IMG/VR virus record: IMGVR_UViG_3300037310_000564
Coordinates: 1-64,000 of that record
Direction: 5' to 3' (one strand)
From: a virus
Lineage: Duplodnaviria; Caudoviricetes
Length of the DNA stretch: 64,000 bases
The notes beneath the pieces are model-generated. The model worked only from the letters and a program-made list of their open reading frames with translations, did no database searches and was not told the DNA's origin. This document shows, piece after piece, positions 48,029 through 57,762 of the stretch; position 1 is the first letter of the stretch; every line of letters starts with the position of its first letter. The position numbers and the translations under genes were made by a program.

Positions 48029-48913
48029 TTACTCTTCTATTTGAAACTCAGGCAATTCAGGCTCACCAATTACGCCCCCAGCCATTTGCATCTCTTCACG
48101 CACAATTTCCCTAACACGAGCCTCAATCTTTTTATCCAAAGAACGATCAAGGCAAGCTGACCAAATCTTTTTAAAAACATCCTCACCAGGAGTAATCATC
48201 TCGTCATCAGAAATGTCCAACTCATGGTGACTTAAGCCAGACGCTTTAAGCAATGAGGTCATAAAAGTTAAGGCATCTTCAGATTTCACAAGAGGTTCTG
48301 CCGTCTCTTGATCAGACATCCCCTCAAGCTGCTTGGAATATTCATGAGCATGACTAGAAAGCTCCCACAATCTTTTGCAAGTATCTGACATTAAACCGTT
48401 TTTATCCAAAAGCCTAAAATCACGATCTGAAACCTGACCATGTAAAATTGCATGCACTAAATCTTTGTCATGTACTTCAAGAGGCCTACTAGGTAGGCTG
48501 TCTAACCATAATGGTTTACCATCAAGAGTAGTCTTATTGTGGCAGTCATAGCAACGACCATCCTTGCCTTCATAAAAAAGAATTTTGGAAGGATCTGGCT
48601 TACCACCCTCACCTATTCCGTAATAGGCCTTAGTATGAATCAAATCTGGCTCGGCATTATCATCCTCAATCTCAGACTCTTCCGGCACAGAAGGTGGGAC
48701 AGAATCAACACCAGACCCATTGGATGGGGCATTTTCAACCGCATTACCTTCCTCAACATCCCCATCCCCCAAATCAACTTCCCCATTCAAAAACTTCATC
48801 AAATCCTCTAAGGAAGGTGTTCGGCCAAGCTTATGGGTAGCTACCGTCACATAAGAGCTAAGCACCTTCTGAAGCTCTTTTTGTTGGTCTTTGTTCTGAA
48901 TCTTAATAGTCAT
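48029..48913 (-). CDS. Acidic hypothetical virion-module protein
   Basis: In the neck operon; contains an LVKS site. Confidence 0.6.
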   Translation of the reverse strand: MTIKIQNKDQQKELQKVLSSYVTVATHKLGRTPSLEDLMKFLNGEVDLGDGDVEEGNAVENAPSNGSGVDSVPPSVPEESEIEDDNAEPDLIHTKAYYGIGEGGKPDPSKILFYEGKDGRCYDCHNKTTLDGKPLWLDSLPSRPLEVHDKDLVHAILHGQVSDRDFRLLDKNGLMSDTCKRLWELSSHAHEYSKQLEGMSDQETAEPLVKSEDALTFMTSLLKASGLSHHELDISDDEMITPGEDVFKKIWSACLDRSLDKKIEARVREIVREEMQMAGGVIGEPELPEFQIEE

Positions 48914-48950
48914 ACATAAATCCCTAATTTAACTAAACTAATTCTAAAAA

Positions 48951-49799
48951 TTAAGTTCCACCCGTTGAATTGTTTGAGTCAGGATATTCGGAATAGTCCG
49001 GCAAAGCCAACCAATCCAACAAATCCGCCTCCTCACTTATATTTGATGGCTTAGCCACAAACTGCTGCGACACATAAGTAGCATCCCTGGGAGATCCACC
49101 ATGACCAATCTCATTACTTGGAACCATCCTTAAGGAGTGTAGCATGTTTTGCACCACATAAATCGGTGTATGCCAATAAACAATACTTAAAATGGGTGGT
49201 TTTCCTAATTCTATTACTGGTTTACGTCCATTATCACGCCACTGTACCATGCCATTATCAACATCAAAATCAAACCCTTGCTGAAAAGAAGTAACTCCAT
49301 CTGTCAAATAGTCCACTCCCAAACATCGATACTTAAGTTTTAAAACCCCCGTAACATGATAGGGAACTTTCTCTTTCATTTTATCAGTCAAAGTAGGTAT
49401 AACTATCAGATCTCTATGAGAAATATGAACTTGTTCCTTATCACCATCAAAATAATGACCAGTTACATTCATTAATACACTGCCAATTCCCCAAATGCCC
49501 TGAGCATTAAGGCGATCTTCAATCTTAAACTGCTGAGGTATAACACCAAGCTTACGGGCAGAGTAGTAGATTAATCCTCTCTTTGCTCCCTGAGTATTAG
49601 GATCAACAGGCATACCCATGTAATCTTGTTCAGGAAAATAGGCTCCTGAATAATGAATGGCATCAAAAGACTTGGTCTCTAAAAGGTTATTTATACCAGA
49701 AATATTAAAACTAGCCACTGGGGCTTTACCTGGAATAGGCCCTAACCCAATAAGTCCTGTTTTGCTGTTCCTGTCCTTTAGAGGTGGTCTATTTGTCAT
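48951..49799 (-). CDS. Putative head-closure/neck protein
   Basis: First gene of the neck operon; GFDFDVDNGMVQW...ILSIVYWHTPIYVV pattern. Confidence 0.5.
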   Translation of the reverse strand: MTNRPPLKDRNSKTGLIGLGPIPGKAPVASFNISGINNLLETKSFDAIHYSGAYFPEQDYMGMPVDPNTQGAKRGLIYYSARKLGVIPQQFKIEDRLNAQGIWGIGSVLMNVTGHYFDGDKEQVHISHRDLIVIPTLTDKMKEKVPYHVTGVLKLKYRCLGVDYLTDGVTSFQQGFDFDVDNGMVQWRDNGRKPVIELGKPPILSIVYWHTPIYVVQNMLHSLRMVPSNEIGHGGSPRDATYVSQQFVAKPSNISEEADLLDWLALPDYSEYPDSNNSTGGT

Positions 49800-49877
49800 T
49801 TAACTAAACTCTCTTAGGTTTCTTCCCAATCACTTTCAAATTTTATCTTAATACTCTCTATCAGCACAACTCACATC

Positions 49878-50255
49878 TCACATCTTATTCCTATCTATAT
49901 TCTCCTAATGGCGATAATTTATAATGACCTGATGATAGTCCGAGAAAATCATTGATAAAAAAGTATCCCCTAAAGGTTTTTTTAAAAATATCCGATAAGA
50001 GTATTAGCTTTCTTGTTGTACTCCTGAAAGGGGCAGAGAAAGCACTTTCGCCTGGTCTTCCGAGGTTGGATCACCTAATTCATTTTGGGTGGTCCTTTTT
50101 TTATTCCTCTCAAGTCTATCGCCTTGGCACTCTGTTAAGGTCCATGGTGCCTATGGTAACATTGCCTCACCTTCACATCTTATTCCTATCTATATTCTCC
50201 TAATGGCGATAATTTATAATGACCTGATGATAGTCCGAGAGAATCATTGCTAAAA
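49878..50255. repeat. Two 83-bp direct repeats (49878-49960 and 50173-50255), candidate replication origin
   Basis: Only 2 mismatches, 295-bp period, in the non-coding gap upstream of the Rep-like gene. Confidence 0.9.
49971..49998 (+). promoter_or_regulatory. sigma28-like promoter between the direct repeats
   Basis: TAAAGGTT-N12-TCCGATAA. Confidence 0.55.
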
Positions 50256-50391
50256 TGTTGTTCAGGACTGGCATAAGCCACTTTTTGGGTTATGATCTAG
50301 TAATCTAACTATATACAAACCCTCACCAATATGGCAAAATACAGTCTGGGAAATTTGTTTTTGTCTTTTGTTGTTTCTGCCAAGGATATTG

Positions 50392-52500
50392 ATGTTTTAC
50401 GTTAAACCTAAAAGAAAAAAACGACATGAAAAAGGTCTAGAGAAGTTAGTCCAACAGAAGAGTTTGCCTGAAGACTTCCCCCTTAAAGAGATTTGGGAAT
50501 CAGAGGTTAGTAGTGGTGATAATACTTATGGCACCCCTTATCTGTTTAAGCCAATATCTTTAGTTCAGCCACAAAAAGACCCTAAAACAGCAAAACCATT
50601 GTCAGAATTAGGATTTGAGTATACTTGTGTACGCAAATATACCACTACTTCTGGTAGGGTATACAGCACCCATTACTATAGAAAAGTCAAAAAGAGATCT
50701 GCCAAAGAAATAGAAGCTGACCAAAACAACAAGAGCCCTACTAGGTTAGTAAAGCCTAGATGGCATCAGGTACCCGCTCATCCCAATAGTGTCTTTCTGC
50801 CTATAGATAGTAGCAAGATTTATCAAGCCATGGCTAAGACTAACTTTTTTCTTAAGCATTATCAAGACATGAGATTTACCATCAGCTCACGCAGAGATGC
50901 TTGTATTGATGGCAATACTGGACCGAGATGGTCCAATGTTTCTGTACAGACCTTCCAAAAAGCAGTAGTAAACGTCCCGGACTTACAGGCCTGGGCCTTT
51001 TTTACCAAATGGGCAATTAAGGTTCCTGAAGCCAAGGATAGTGCAGAAGAGTTGTATGACTCTTTCACGGGATACCACAATGACTATCCAACCATGGTTC
51101 CTAATAACCATGAGTATTATGTTGTTGATATTGATGATCACCCAACATACAAACAACCAACCGATATTGTTGAAGATTTTGAAAATAGAAGTGTGCCAAT
51201 GCCAATTATCATTGCGCAGACTGGTCCATGTAATTTCCATCTATTGTTTTGGTTCCCTAAAAGGGAAGGTGTTCTTGGTACCCATCAGAATAGAGTGTTC
51301 TTTTGTTCCAAAATAGCTGGAATGGTTAAGTTTCCTAAGACCGACAAGGAAGCTGAACAGGAGTTAATTAAAAGGGGCATTGATTACAGGCACTTAAGTA
51401 ATGGGTACTTTCAGCCTAAAATTAGAATGGCTGGAATTACCAAAAGAAAAGAAAATAAAGATCCTTATTTGGTTCATTGGTTTTTTACAGGATCTTTAAA
51501 TAAAAACAATCACTTAGGGGAAGAAGTTTATTTAGGGTGGGATAGTTTCTATCATAATTTGGATAATATGGTTCTTAATCCTGCCAGGCCAGCCAAACTC
51601 CTTTATCCTAGGGCCAATATCGATAATCCAGACTTAACCCCTGATGAAAGGGATCGATTAGCAGCAAAAGTTGCACAACGCCACTTAGACAATATTCATA
51701 TGCTTATGGAAGAGGCTAAAACAGCAGATGCTGAAAGGTATGAAGAAATTGTCCAACATATTGAAAATTCACAAACAATCATCAAAGAACGCATTGAACA
51801 AGAAATAGAGGCTAAGGCAAAAAAACAAAGGCAAAAGCGCACTCTACAAAAGGAAAAAAAAGAAAACAAATGGAAGACTTATATTGGACCAATAGCCAAG
51901 TCCATAAGAAACGCTGGTCTTTTTCAAACCAAAAACGCTCACATTATTGCCTCACACCTTACCCAACATTTGGGCTTCCTATTTAGGAAAAATTGCTTTT
52001 TACATCAAAGCTTTATGGCGAAAGAGACGGGACTTGAGCAGCCATATTGCTCACTTGCTCTCAAGAAATTAGTTCAAAGCGGATATTTGGTTGTTATTAA
52101 AGAGACTAAGATAGTTATAGATAGTGCTGGCTTGTGTAGAAAGACACCTAAGGTTTATGGAATTGGTCCACGACTGCAAAAAGTAATTGATCAGGTAGAT
52201 GAGAGGCTTTCCAAAGAAAAGCCAAAAGAGTTTGTTAAAAAACAAAAAGAAAATTACGATGTTGAGGCTCCATACCAAGACGGGAAGGCCAACGAACACA
52301 TCATGGCCGATGCTCGTCACTTTATTAAACATCTGGAGATGTCTCCATTGGAGGCGGCAACCAAGATAATTAAAAAGCAGGAAGTGCGACCACGACATAA
52401 GCGACGGTCTTATAGAGAAATCATGAGAATGTGTGAGAAATACCTCTTTTTTCTTAAGGAGTATCGCAAAGATAGGCCATTTCTTTGCCCCTCAGGATAG
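50392..52500 (+). CDS. Rep-like protein: AEP/primase-polymerase-like domain plus C-terminal winged HTH
   Basis: YVVDIDD and AQTGPCNFH (AEP motifs I/II-like); QSFMAKETGLEQPYCSLALKKLVQSGYL (wHTH). ATG 50392 after AAGGA (track start 50368). Confidence 0.6.
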   Translation: MFYVKPKRKKRHEKGLEKLVQQKSLPEDFPLKEIWESEVSSGDNTYGTPYLFKPISLVQPQKDPKTAKPLSELGFEYTCVRKYTTTSGRVYSTHYYRKVKKRSAKEIEADQNNKSPTRLVKPRWHQVPAHPNSVFLPIDSSKIYQAMAKTNFFLKHYQDMRFTISSRRDACIDGNTGPRWSNVSVQTFQKAVVNVPDLQAWAFFTKWAIKVPEAKDSAEELYDSFTGYHNDYPTMVPNNHEYYVVDIDDHPTYKQPTDIVEDFENRSVPMPIIIAQTGPCNFHLLFWFPKREGVLGTHQNRVFFCSKIAGMVKFPKTDKEAEQELIKRGIDYRHLSNGYFQPKIRMAGITKRKENKDPYLVHWFFTGSLNKNNHLGEEVYLGWDSFYHNLDNMVLNPARPAKLLYPRANIDNPDLTPDERDRLAAKVAQRHLDNIHMLMEEAKTADAERYEEIVQHIENSQTIIKERIEQEIEAKAKKQRQKRTLQKEKKENKWKTYIGPIAKSIRNAGLFQTKNAHIIASHLTQHLGFLFRKNCFLHQSFMAKETGLEQPYCSLALKKLVQSGYLVVIKETKIVIDSAGLCRKTPKVYGIGPRLQKVIDQVDERLSKEKPKEFVKKQKENYDVEAPYQDGKANEHIMADARHFIKHLEMSPLEAATKIIKKQEVRPRHKRRSYREIMRMCEKYLFFLKEYRKDRPFLCPSG

Positions 52501-52509
52501 TATCCCTTA

Positions 52510-52538
52510 TTGACATTCCCCAAAAAAACAGATAGAGT
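52510..52538 (+). promoter_or_regulatory. sigma70 promoter of the replication operon
   Basis: TTGACA-17-TAGAGT. Confidence 0.75.
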
Positions 52539-52601
52539 TTTAAAAGTTCCCCATTCAGGGGTAAACACTTAATTCTTTTACTCTTTTCCAAAGAGATTGC
52601 C

Positions 52602-53261
52602 ATGTTATCATCCAAAGACGGTCTAATCCATGTAGACCAGACCAATGATTTGTCTAAGATTGTTTTTCCTCAAGCGGCCTGGTCTGTAATCAACATTCCC
52701 ACCGATGAAGCAGAGGCGCGCGACTTACAAGAACGCCTGTACAATTCTTTTTCCTCTAGGCACTTAGTGCTTGGCCTGTTTAGGCACAAAAAGAATGAAA
52801 AGCCAGCAGCTCTTCGCAACATTAAGAGCCTGTTTCATATCTACGATTACATCACCCTGTCATATGAAAAGGCAACAGGAAGTAGTAATGGCTTATTGTC
52901 CCTGTCTGAATGGGCCGTTATCCTTTATAAGGGACAGTCTCCTGATGGGGAAAAGACGCAATGGTTTGCCGAGGCTGGCCACAGGGCAGCTGCGAACATA
53001 TGGGCATTGGGACAGCAAGAGCATGAGCCATTTGCGCCAACTTACCAACGGTTTTCTTGGGAAGCAAATTTAATGATGCTCTCTCTTGCCAAACCTCTAG
53101 AAACCGTTAAGTTTATTTATGCCACAGGGTGGCAACAGTCAGAATTACCAAGCATCTTTGGTTTTTGTCAGGCACACAATGTAAGTGTGCAATTATACAC
53201 AAAAACTATCGAAGAGGCTAAAAAAGTCATTACGTTGTATGAGGGCAAACAGAATGGATAA
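52602..53261 (+). CDS. Hypothetical protein, faint DNA-methyltransferase-like features
   Basis: SEWAVILYKG and NIW patterns; no DPPY or FxGxG motif. Confidence 0.55.
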   Translation: MLSSKDGLIHVDQTNDLSKIVFPQAAWSVINIPTDEAEARDLQERLYNSFSSRHLVLGLFRHKKNEKPAALRNIKSLFHIYDYITLSYEKATGSSNGLLSLSEWAVILYKGQSPDGEKTQWFAEAGHRAAANIWALGQQEHEPFAPTYQRFSWEANLMMLSLAKPLETVKFIYATGWQQSELPSIFGFCQAHNVSVQLYTKTIEEAKKVITLYEGKQNG

Positions 53262-54867
53262 AGAGTTTAAAACAGTTAAGGTTGGTCAGGAAGCTAGGGA
53301 TGAGCTGGTGAAGGCTTTGGGGTTAATAGCTAGTGCCGTTGGCAGCACTCTGGGGCCTGGAGGTAGGCCATGGGGGTTTGATAAGAAAAGCATTTATGGG
53401 AAACTATCCCCAACCTGGTCTAAAGACGGGTTGACGGTTTTGCGGTCGCTATGGTTTTCTGATCCGGCCGTACAGGCTGTGCTGCATTATTGCAAACAGG
53501 CATCCAATAATTCAGTTTTAGCCTCAGGGGATGGATCAACCTCAAGCATTATTTTGGCGTCTGCAGTGGCAAACGCCATTCACCAACTTCAAAAGAAAAA
53601 AATTGGATCGCCACAGGCCAAAGCAAGGCAATTAGAGATTGAGGCGGAGCATGCCATTGAGGCTATTAAGAAAGATGCAATTAAGTCTGATGAGGCTGTT
53701 CGGTCAGTAGCACTTACTAGCTCTAATGGGGATGAGGAGCTTACTAATGTGGTTATGGAAGCTATTGGCTATACATCCGCTTATGGAACCTTGCATGTAG
53801 AAAAAAACCCAGCAACATCAACTCGATACAGCATACATAGACAAGATGGGTATGGCAATGTTGGTGGCTATCAATACAATTTGGTCGTGGCAGGTACTGC
53901 GGATCAAAAAGCGGCTTCGTTTGCCCCTATTGTATGGGCCAATCCTATTGTGGCGCTTTTTAATGGCAATATGTTACTAAAAGAGCAGTTAGATCCAATA
54001 CTTAAAGCATGGGGTGGATCAAAAGCGCCACTGCTGATTGTTGCTTATGATGTATCCGATGAACTCATGAATAAAATCATGATTTTAAACAGAACAGTGG
54101 TTCCTCAGGGTGGATATCCGGCTTTTGTAGTTAAGCCAAAACTAACTGCTGAAATGTATTCACAATTACAAATACTTAAAGATATTGCGTCTTATTGCGG
54201 CATTGATGATAAGTACCTAATTGATGGTGGCACCTATAAAAATGTTGATGCCACATTTTTTGGCACCTGTAAGAGCGTAACCATAACTCCAAATTCGACC
54301 ATGTTTATGGGTCGTTCAAATGACCATTGGGTAGAAAAGCGGGTAGCTCAAAATAACTCCATCATTGCGGCGGCCAAAACCGACTTTGATCGTCAATTCA
54401 CATCATTGAGAAATGCTGAATTGGCTGAGGGTTTAGTTAGGATTGAGATTGGCGGCGGTACATTGCCGGATTTGTGCGAAAGAGCGGATCGTTTTGATGA
54501 TGCCTCTAAGGCTGCGCAAGCATGCCTTAAGTCCGGCGCTCTACCTGGTGGCGGCCTGTCTTATATCAGGGCAGGGCAGCTAGCCAACGTCAGCCCGGAG
54601 CTATTTGGTGCACTTTCTAAAATACACACAACCGTCATGGAGAATTATGACACCAACAAAACCATTTCCGTGCCCATAGACGGCGTTAGTGGTTTTAGGA
54701 TTGGGAAAAATGGCGTAGAGTTTGGTTTAGCTACCGATCTTAAAGTCCTGGACTCGGTGGAGACAGTTGTGGGAGTGATCCGCAATGGTGTGGCACTGGG
54801 ATGCAACATAGCCACATTGGGTGGATACGCCTTCAGAGATTTGAGTCGGGATGAAGAGGAGGCGTAA
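53254..54867 (+). CDS. groEL: Phage GroEL-like chaperonin
   Basis: TLGPGG, KDGLTV, GDGSTSS, ALPGGG; ATG 53254 overlaps the previous gene end (track start 53185). Confidence 0.88.
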   Translation: MDKEFKTVKVGQEARDELVKALGLIASAVGSTLGPGGRPWGFDKKSIYGKLSPTWSKDGLTVLRSLWFSDPAVQAVLHYCKQASNNSVLASGDGSTSSIILASAVANAIHQLQKKKIGSPQAKARQLEIEAEHAIEAIKKDAIKSDEAVRSVALTSSNGDEELTNVVMEAIGYTSAYGTLHVEKNPATSTRYSIHRQDGYGNVGGYQYNLVVAGTADQKAASFAPIVWANPIVALFNGNMLLKEQLDPILKAWGGSKAPLLIVAYDVSDELMNKIMILNRTVVPQGGYPAFVVKPKLTAEMYSQLQILKDIASYCGIDDKYLIDGGTYKNVDATFFGTCKSVTITPNSTMFMGRSNDHWVEKRVAQNNSIIAAAKTDFDRQFTSLRNAELAEGLVRIEIGGGTLPDLCERADRFDDASKAAQACLKSGALPGGGLSYIRAGQLANVSPELFGALSKIHTTVMENYDTNKTISVPIDGVSGFRIGKNGVEFGLATDLKVLDSVETVVGVIRNGVALGCNIATLGGYAFRDLSRDEEEA

Positions 54868-54872
54868 CAGCC

Positions 54873-55139
54873 GTGTTGAGGTATTTTAAATGTCTTTGTT
54901 GTCAAAACCCGGTCACTGTGCTAGGTTTTGTGAGTGAAGTGTCTGAGAGGTTCCCCCAACATAAATGGGGGAAACCAGAACCAGTTAATTTTGTTACTGT
55001 TTTGTCGACAAACACTTATATGAATATCCCCTTGTTGGATAGTTGGGAACAATTAGATACGAAAACATCCGAAAATATAATTGATGCAGAGCGGACGGCT
55101 GACCTTAAAGCATACTCAGAGGCGATAAAACACTCCTAA
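54873..55139 (+). CDS. Small Cys-containing hypothetical protein
   Basis: CLCCQ near the N-terminus; within the operon. Confidence 0.55.
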   Translation: MLRYFKCLCCQNPVTVLGFVSEVSERFPQHKWGKPEPVNFVTVLSTNTYMNIPLLDSWEQLDTKTSENIIDAERTADLKAYSEAIKHS

Positions 55140-55148
55140 GGACTTGAC

Positions 55149-56570
55149 ATGACTGAAAAATCACACATAGTCTCGAAGTATGAAGCTTCGAGCTTAGCGG
55201 CGGGTTTTTGCCTTTTGGTAGAAAAGGGTAAAGTACAAGACTATAAAAAACAATTTGAAAACCCGCATTTTTTAAGTAGTGATGTTAGGCCATTAGCAAA
55301 GGGGTTGATTGTAGCTCTTCATGCGGTGACTAAGGATATTTCCAAAATCCCCAGCTTTCCAACGATTGACCAGGCCGTTAAGAACTTTAGCCTTGAAACC
55401 CCCAATAAAGATTATGAATTTTTTAAAAATGCCATTAATAATGACACAGAATTACTGCAAAAAAGAAAAGATGATGGATATATTGATGTGTTTATTCAAT
55501 ATATGCAACTTATGGTTATTGCTAATAATTCTAAATTTTTGGCCAGTAAGTATGGGGTTGGGGATTACGAGTCATGCCTAAATATTTTGGAACAAACTGC
55601 CTCAGAAATGACTCGGCTTAAGGCTGCGGAATTCCAAAGATTTGATATTCGTAATTACTATGATGTTATGGATAAGGAGTGGAAAGACAGGCAGATGGGC
55701 ATTATTAAAACCACCCTGTTTCTTTCCAGCCAAACAACTCAAGGCGGTAGGGAATTTGACGAAGCAATTGGAGGCGGACTGGAAAGACAGACTTTAAATG
55801 TTTTTATTGCCGCCACTGGCGGTGGAAAATCAGTCATGGCCCATCACATTTTGGTACGCTGTATTAAGCAGAAAATCCATGCACATATTACCGTAGTGGA
55901 AGATCGAGAAAAATCCTTCTTTTCTAAGTTAATGTCAGCACTTACTGGAATTGAAGCCAGTAGGATTAAGCAGCATTTTGGCTCTTTAACCATAGAAGAG
56001 CGCGGAAAGATAAAACAAGCCATTGCGGATGTGGAAACGTACATAACGATCGATTTTTGTTATTCTTATGGCATTGATCAGATACACCAAATCAAACTCG
56101 AAGCAGATGAGGAAAAGCGCAGATTAGGTCTGCCTGTGCCGGCAGTAGACATTGTGGACTACACCGGCCATATCGCAAAATACAGCAAAGGGGATAAAAA
56201 ACACGAACAAATGCATCTGGCCTATAGCGCCAGAAAGGATTTTGCGCTAAAGTACGATAAAATCTGCGTAGACTTTGCGCAAGTAAATCGCGAAGGCGGA
56301 AAAAGACACAGGGACAGCGAAACATTGGGCATCACGGATTTGGCAGGATCTTACGACTTATCTCAAGTATGTGATTTAATTATATCTATTAATCGCAGTG
56401 AAAAAGATAAGGCAGACAATCAAGCCGTTCTCTCTCTAGAGAAGACAAGGGACGGGGTTGGTCGTAAATTTATTGTTAAAACAAATTTTGCGTCAATGCA
56501 GTACCTTACAGATCAAGTTATGGACTACAAAGCTTTCACCGTCAACAAACAATCAATCAGCATCAGATAA
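55149..56570 (+). CDS. dnaB: Replicative helicase (DnaB/SF4)
   Basis: AATGGGKS, IVDY, FAQVNREG, DLAGSYDLSQVCD, EKTRDG. Confidence 0.88.
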   Translation: MTEKSHIVSKYEASSLAAGFCLLVEKGKVQDYKKQFENPHFLSSDVRPLAKGLIVALHAVTKDISKIPSFPTIDQAVKNFSLETPNKDYEFFKNAINNDTELLQKRKDDGYIDVFIQYMQLMVIANNSKFLASKYGVGDYESCLNILEQTASEMTRLKAAEFQRFDIRNYYDVMDKEWKDRQMGIIKTTLFLSSQTTQGGREFDEAIGGGLERQTLNVFIAATGGGKSVMAHHILVRCIKQKIHAHITVVEDREKSFFSKLMSALTGIEASRIKQHFGSLTIEERGKIKQAIADVETYITIDFCYSYGIDQIHQIKLEADEEKRRLGLPVPAVDIVDYTGHIAKYSKGDKKHEQMHLAYSARKDFALKYDKICVDFAQVNREGGKRHRDSETLGITDLAGSYDLSQVCDLIISINRSEKDKADNQAVLSLEKTRDGVGRKFIVKTNFASMQYLTDQVMDYKAFTVNKQSISIR

Positions 56571-56583
56571 GAAGGAGTTTTAA

Positions 56584-57747
56584 GTGACGACTAAAAATAA
56601 ACAAACAAATGACCCGAAGGTTGTGGATGGTGTGGTGTGGACCAAGCAGATGATTTTTAAGCTTGGGCATTTGCGCCTTAAAAAAGAGATGAGCTTTGCG
56701 GAAATTGGTGAATATTTGGGCTTTTCTGAATCTGCTGTTAAAAATGCTTATTACCGAGCTGTTGCCAAAGGTTATATGCCACAACTAGGCTTAACAAAAG
56801 AGATTCCTGACAGCCACCAACTCAAAAGAGTGTCCACTAATTACGATAGCGATGGCAAACTAAGGCAGCAATGGGTAATCCAAGTACCTAAAATGGAGCA
56901 CATAAAGAAATTTATGGACGCGGCCTTGGATGTTTTATCATCCAGAATGCCCGATAATGTTGTGAAGCCGGTTATTCCAGCTCCTCAATACGACCCAACT
57001 AAAGTTGCCGTATACCCAATAGGGGACGCCCATTTTGGCTTATTGTCATGGGGAGAAGAGACCGGCGAGGATTATGACCTAAAAATTGCCCAGAGATTGT
57101 ATAAAGAGGTATTTAGTACCTTGATTAACAACTCCCCAAGTTGCGGCACTGCGGTGCTGGTAAACGTAGGTGACTGGTTTCATTGCGAAAACACGAAGGG
57201 CATTACAGAAAGGTCTGGCCACCATTTGGATAAAGATAGTCGTTACGACAAAATGGTTAGGATTGGGCTTCAAGTCCAGGTAATGCTCATCGAAACCCTT
57301 AGAAAAAAACACAAACATGTTCATGTCATTAATGCTAAAGGAAACCATGATGAAACCATGGCCACTTGGCTCAATCAGGCACTAGCACTAAGATATAAAG
57401 GGGAAAAAAACATATCTGTCGATACTAAGCCTGGAGCCTTTTCCTTTTTTAGGTTTGGAAAGAATTTGATTGGCGTAACCCACGGATTAATTAAAAAAGA
57501 GCGATTACTTGGGGTTATGGCAGCACACAAAGACTGGAGTGCAACAAAATATCGCATTTGGCTAACTGGCCATATTCACCATAAAACGGTCATAGAGGAT
57601 GGCGGACTGACCATAGAGTCTTTCAATACCCTAACAGCAAAAGACGCATATACGGTTGAAAATGGATATATTGCAAAACGCAACACTTCGTGTATTATCT
57701 TTGATAAGGAGCGTGGTGAAGTAATGCGCCTCACCATTAACCTATAA
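56584..57747 (+). CDS. HTH-fused calcineurin-like metallophosphoesterase
   Basis: SFAEIGEYLGFSESAVKN HTH; GDAHFG, VGD, GNHD, THG, GHIHH. Confidence 0.85.
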   Translation: MTTKNKQTNDPKVVDGVVWTKQMIFKLGHLRLKKEMSFAEIGEYLGFSESAVKNAYYRAVAKGYMPQLGLTKEIPDSHQLKRVSTNYDSDGKLRQQWVIQVPKMEHIKKFMDAALDVLSSRMPDNVVKPVIPAPQYDPTKVAVYPIGDAHFGLLSWGEETGEDYDLKIAQRLYKEVFSTLINNSPSCGTAVLVNVGDWFHCENTKGITERSGHHLDKDSRYDKMVRIGLQVQVMLIETLRKKHKHVHVINAKGNHDETMATWLNQALALRYKGEKNISVDTKPGAFSFFRFGKNLIGVTHGLIKKERLLGVMAAHKDWSATKYRIWLTGHIHHKTVIEDGGLTIESFNTLTAKDAYTVENGYIAKRNTSCIIFDKERGEVMRLTINL

Positions 57748-57762
57748 CTTTTTGGAGTTTTT

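Noticed and set aside
50222-50275. Hammerhead-like CTGATGA followed by a TAGTCC/GGACTG stem
   Set aside because: No GAAA after the stem and no clear stems I/III; an Infernal scan would settle it.
55104-55126. TAAA...GGCGATAA as a further sigma28 site
   Set aside because: Spacer is 11 rather than about 15 nt after TAAA, and it lies inside a CDS.
43474-56570. Inteins or introns in nrdJ and dnaB
   Set aside because: Both are normal length with contiguous motifs and no splice-junction signatures.
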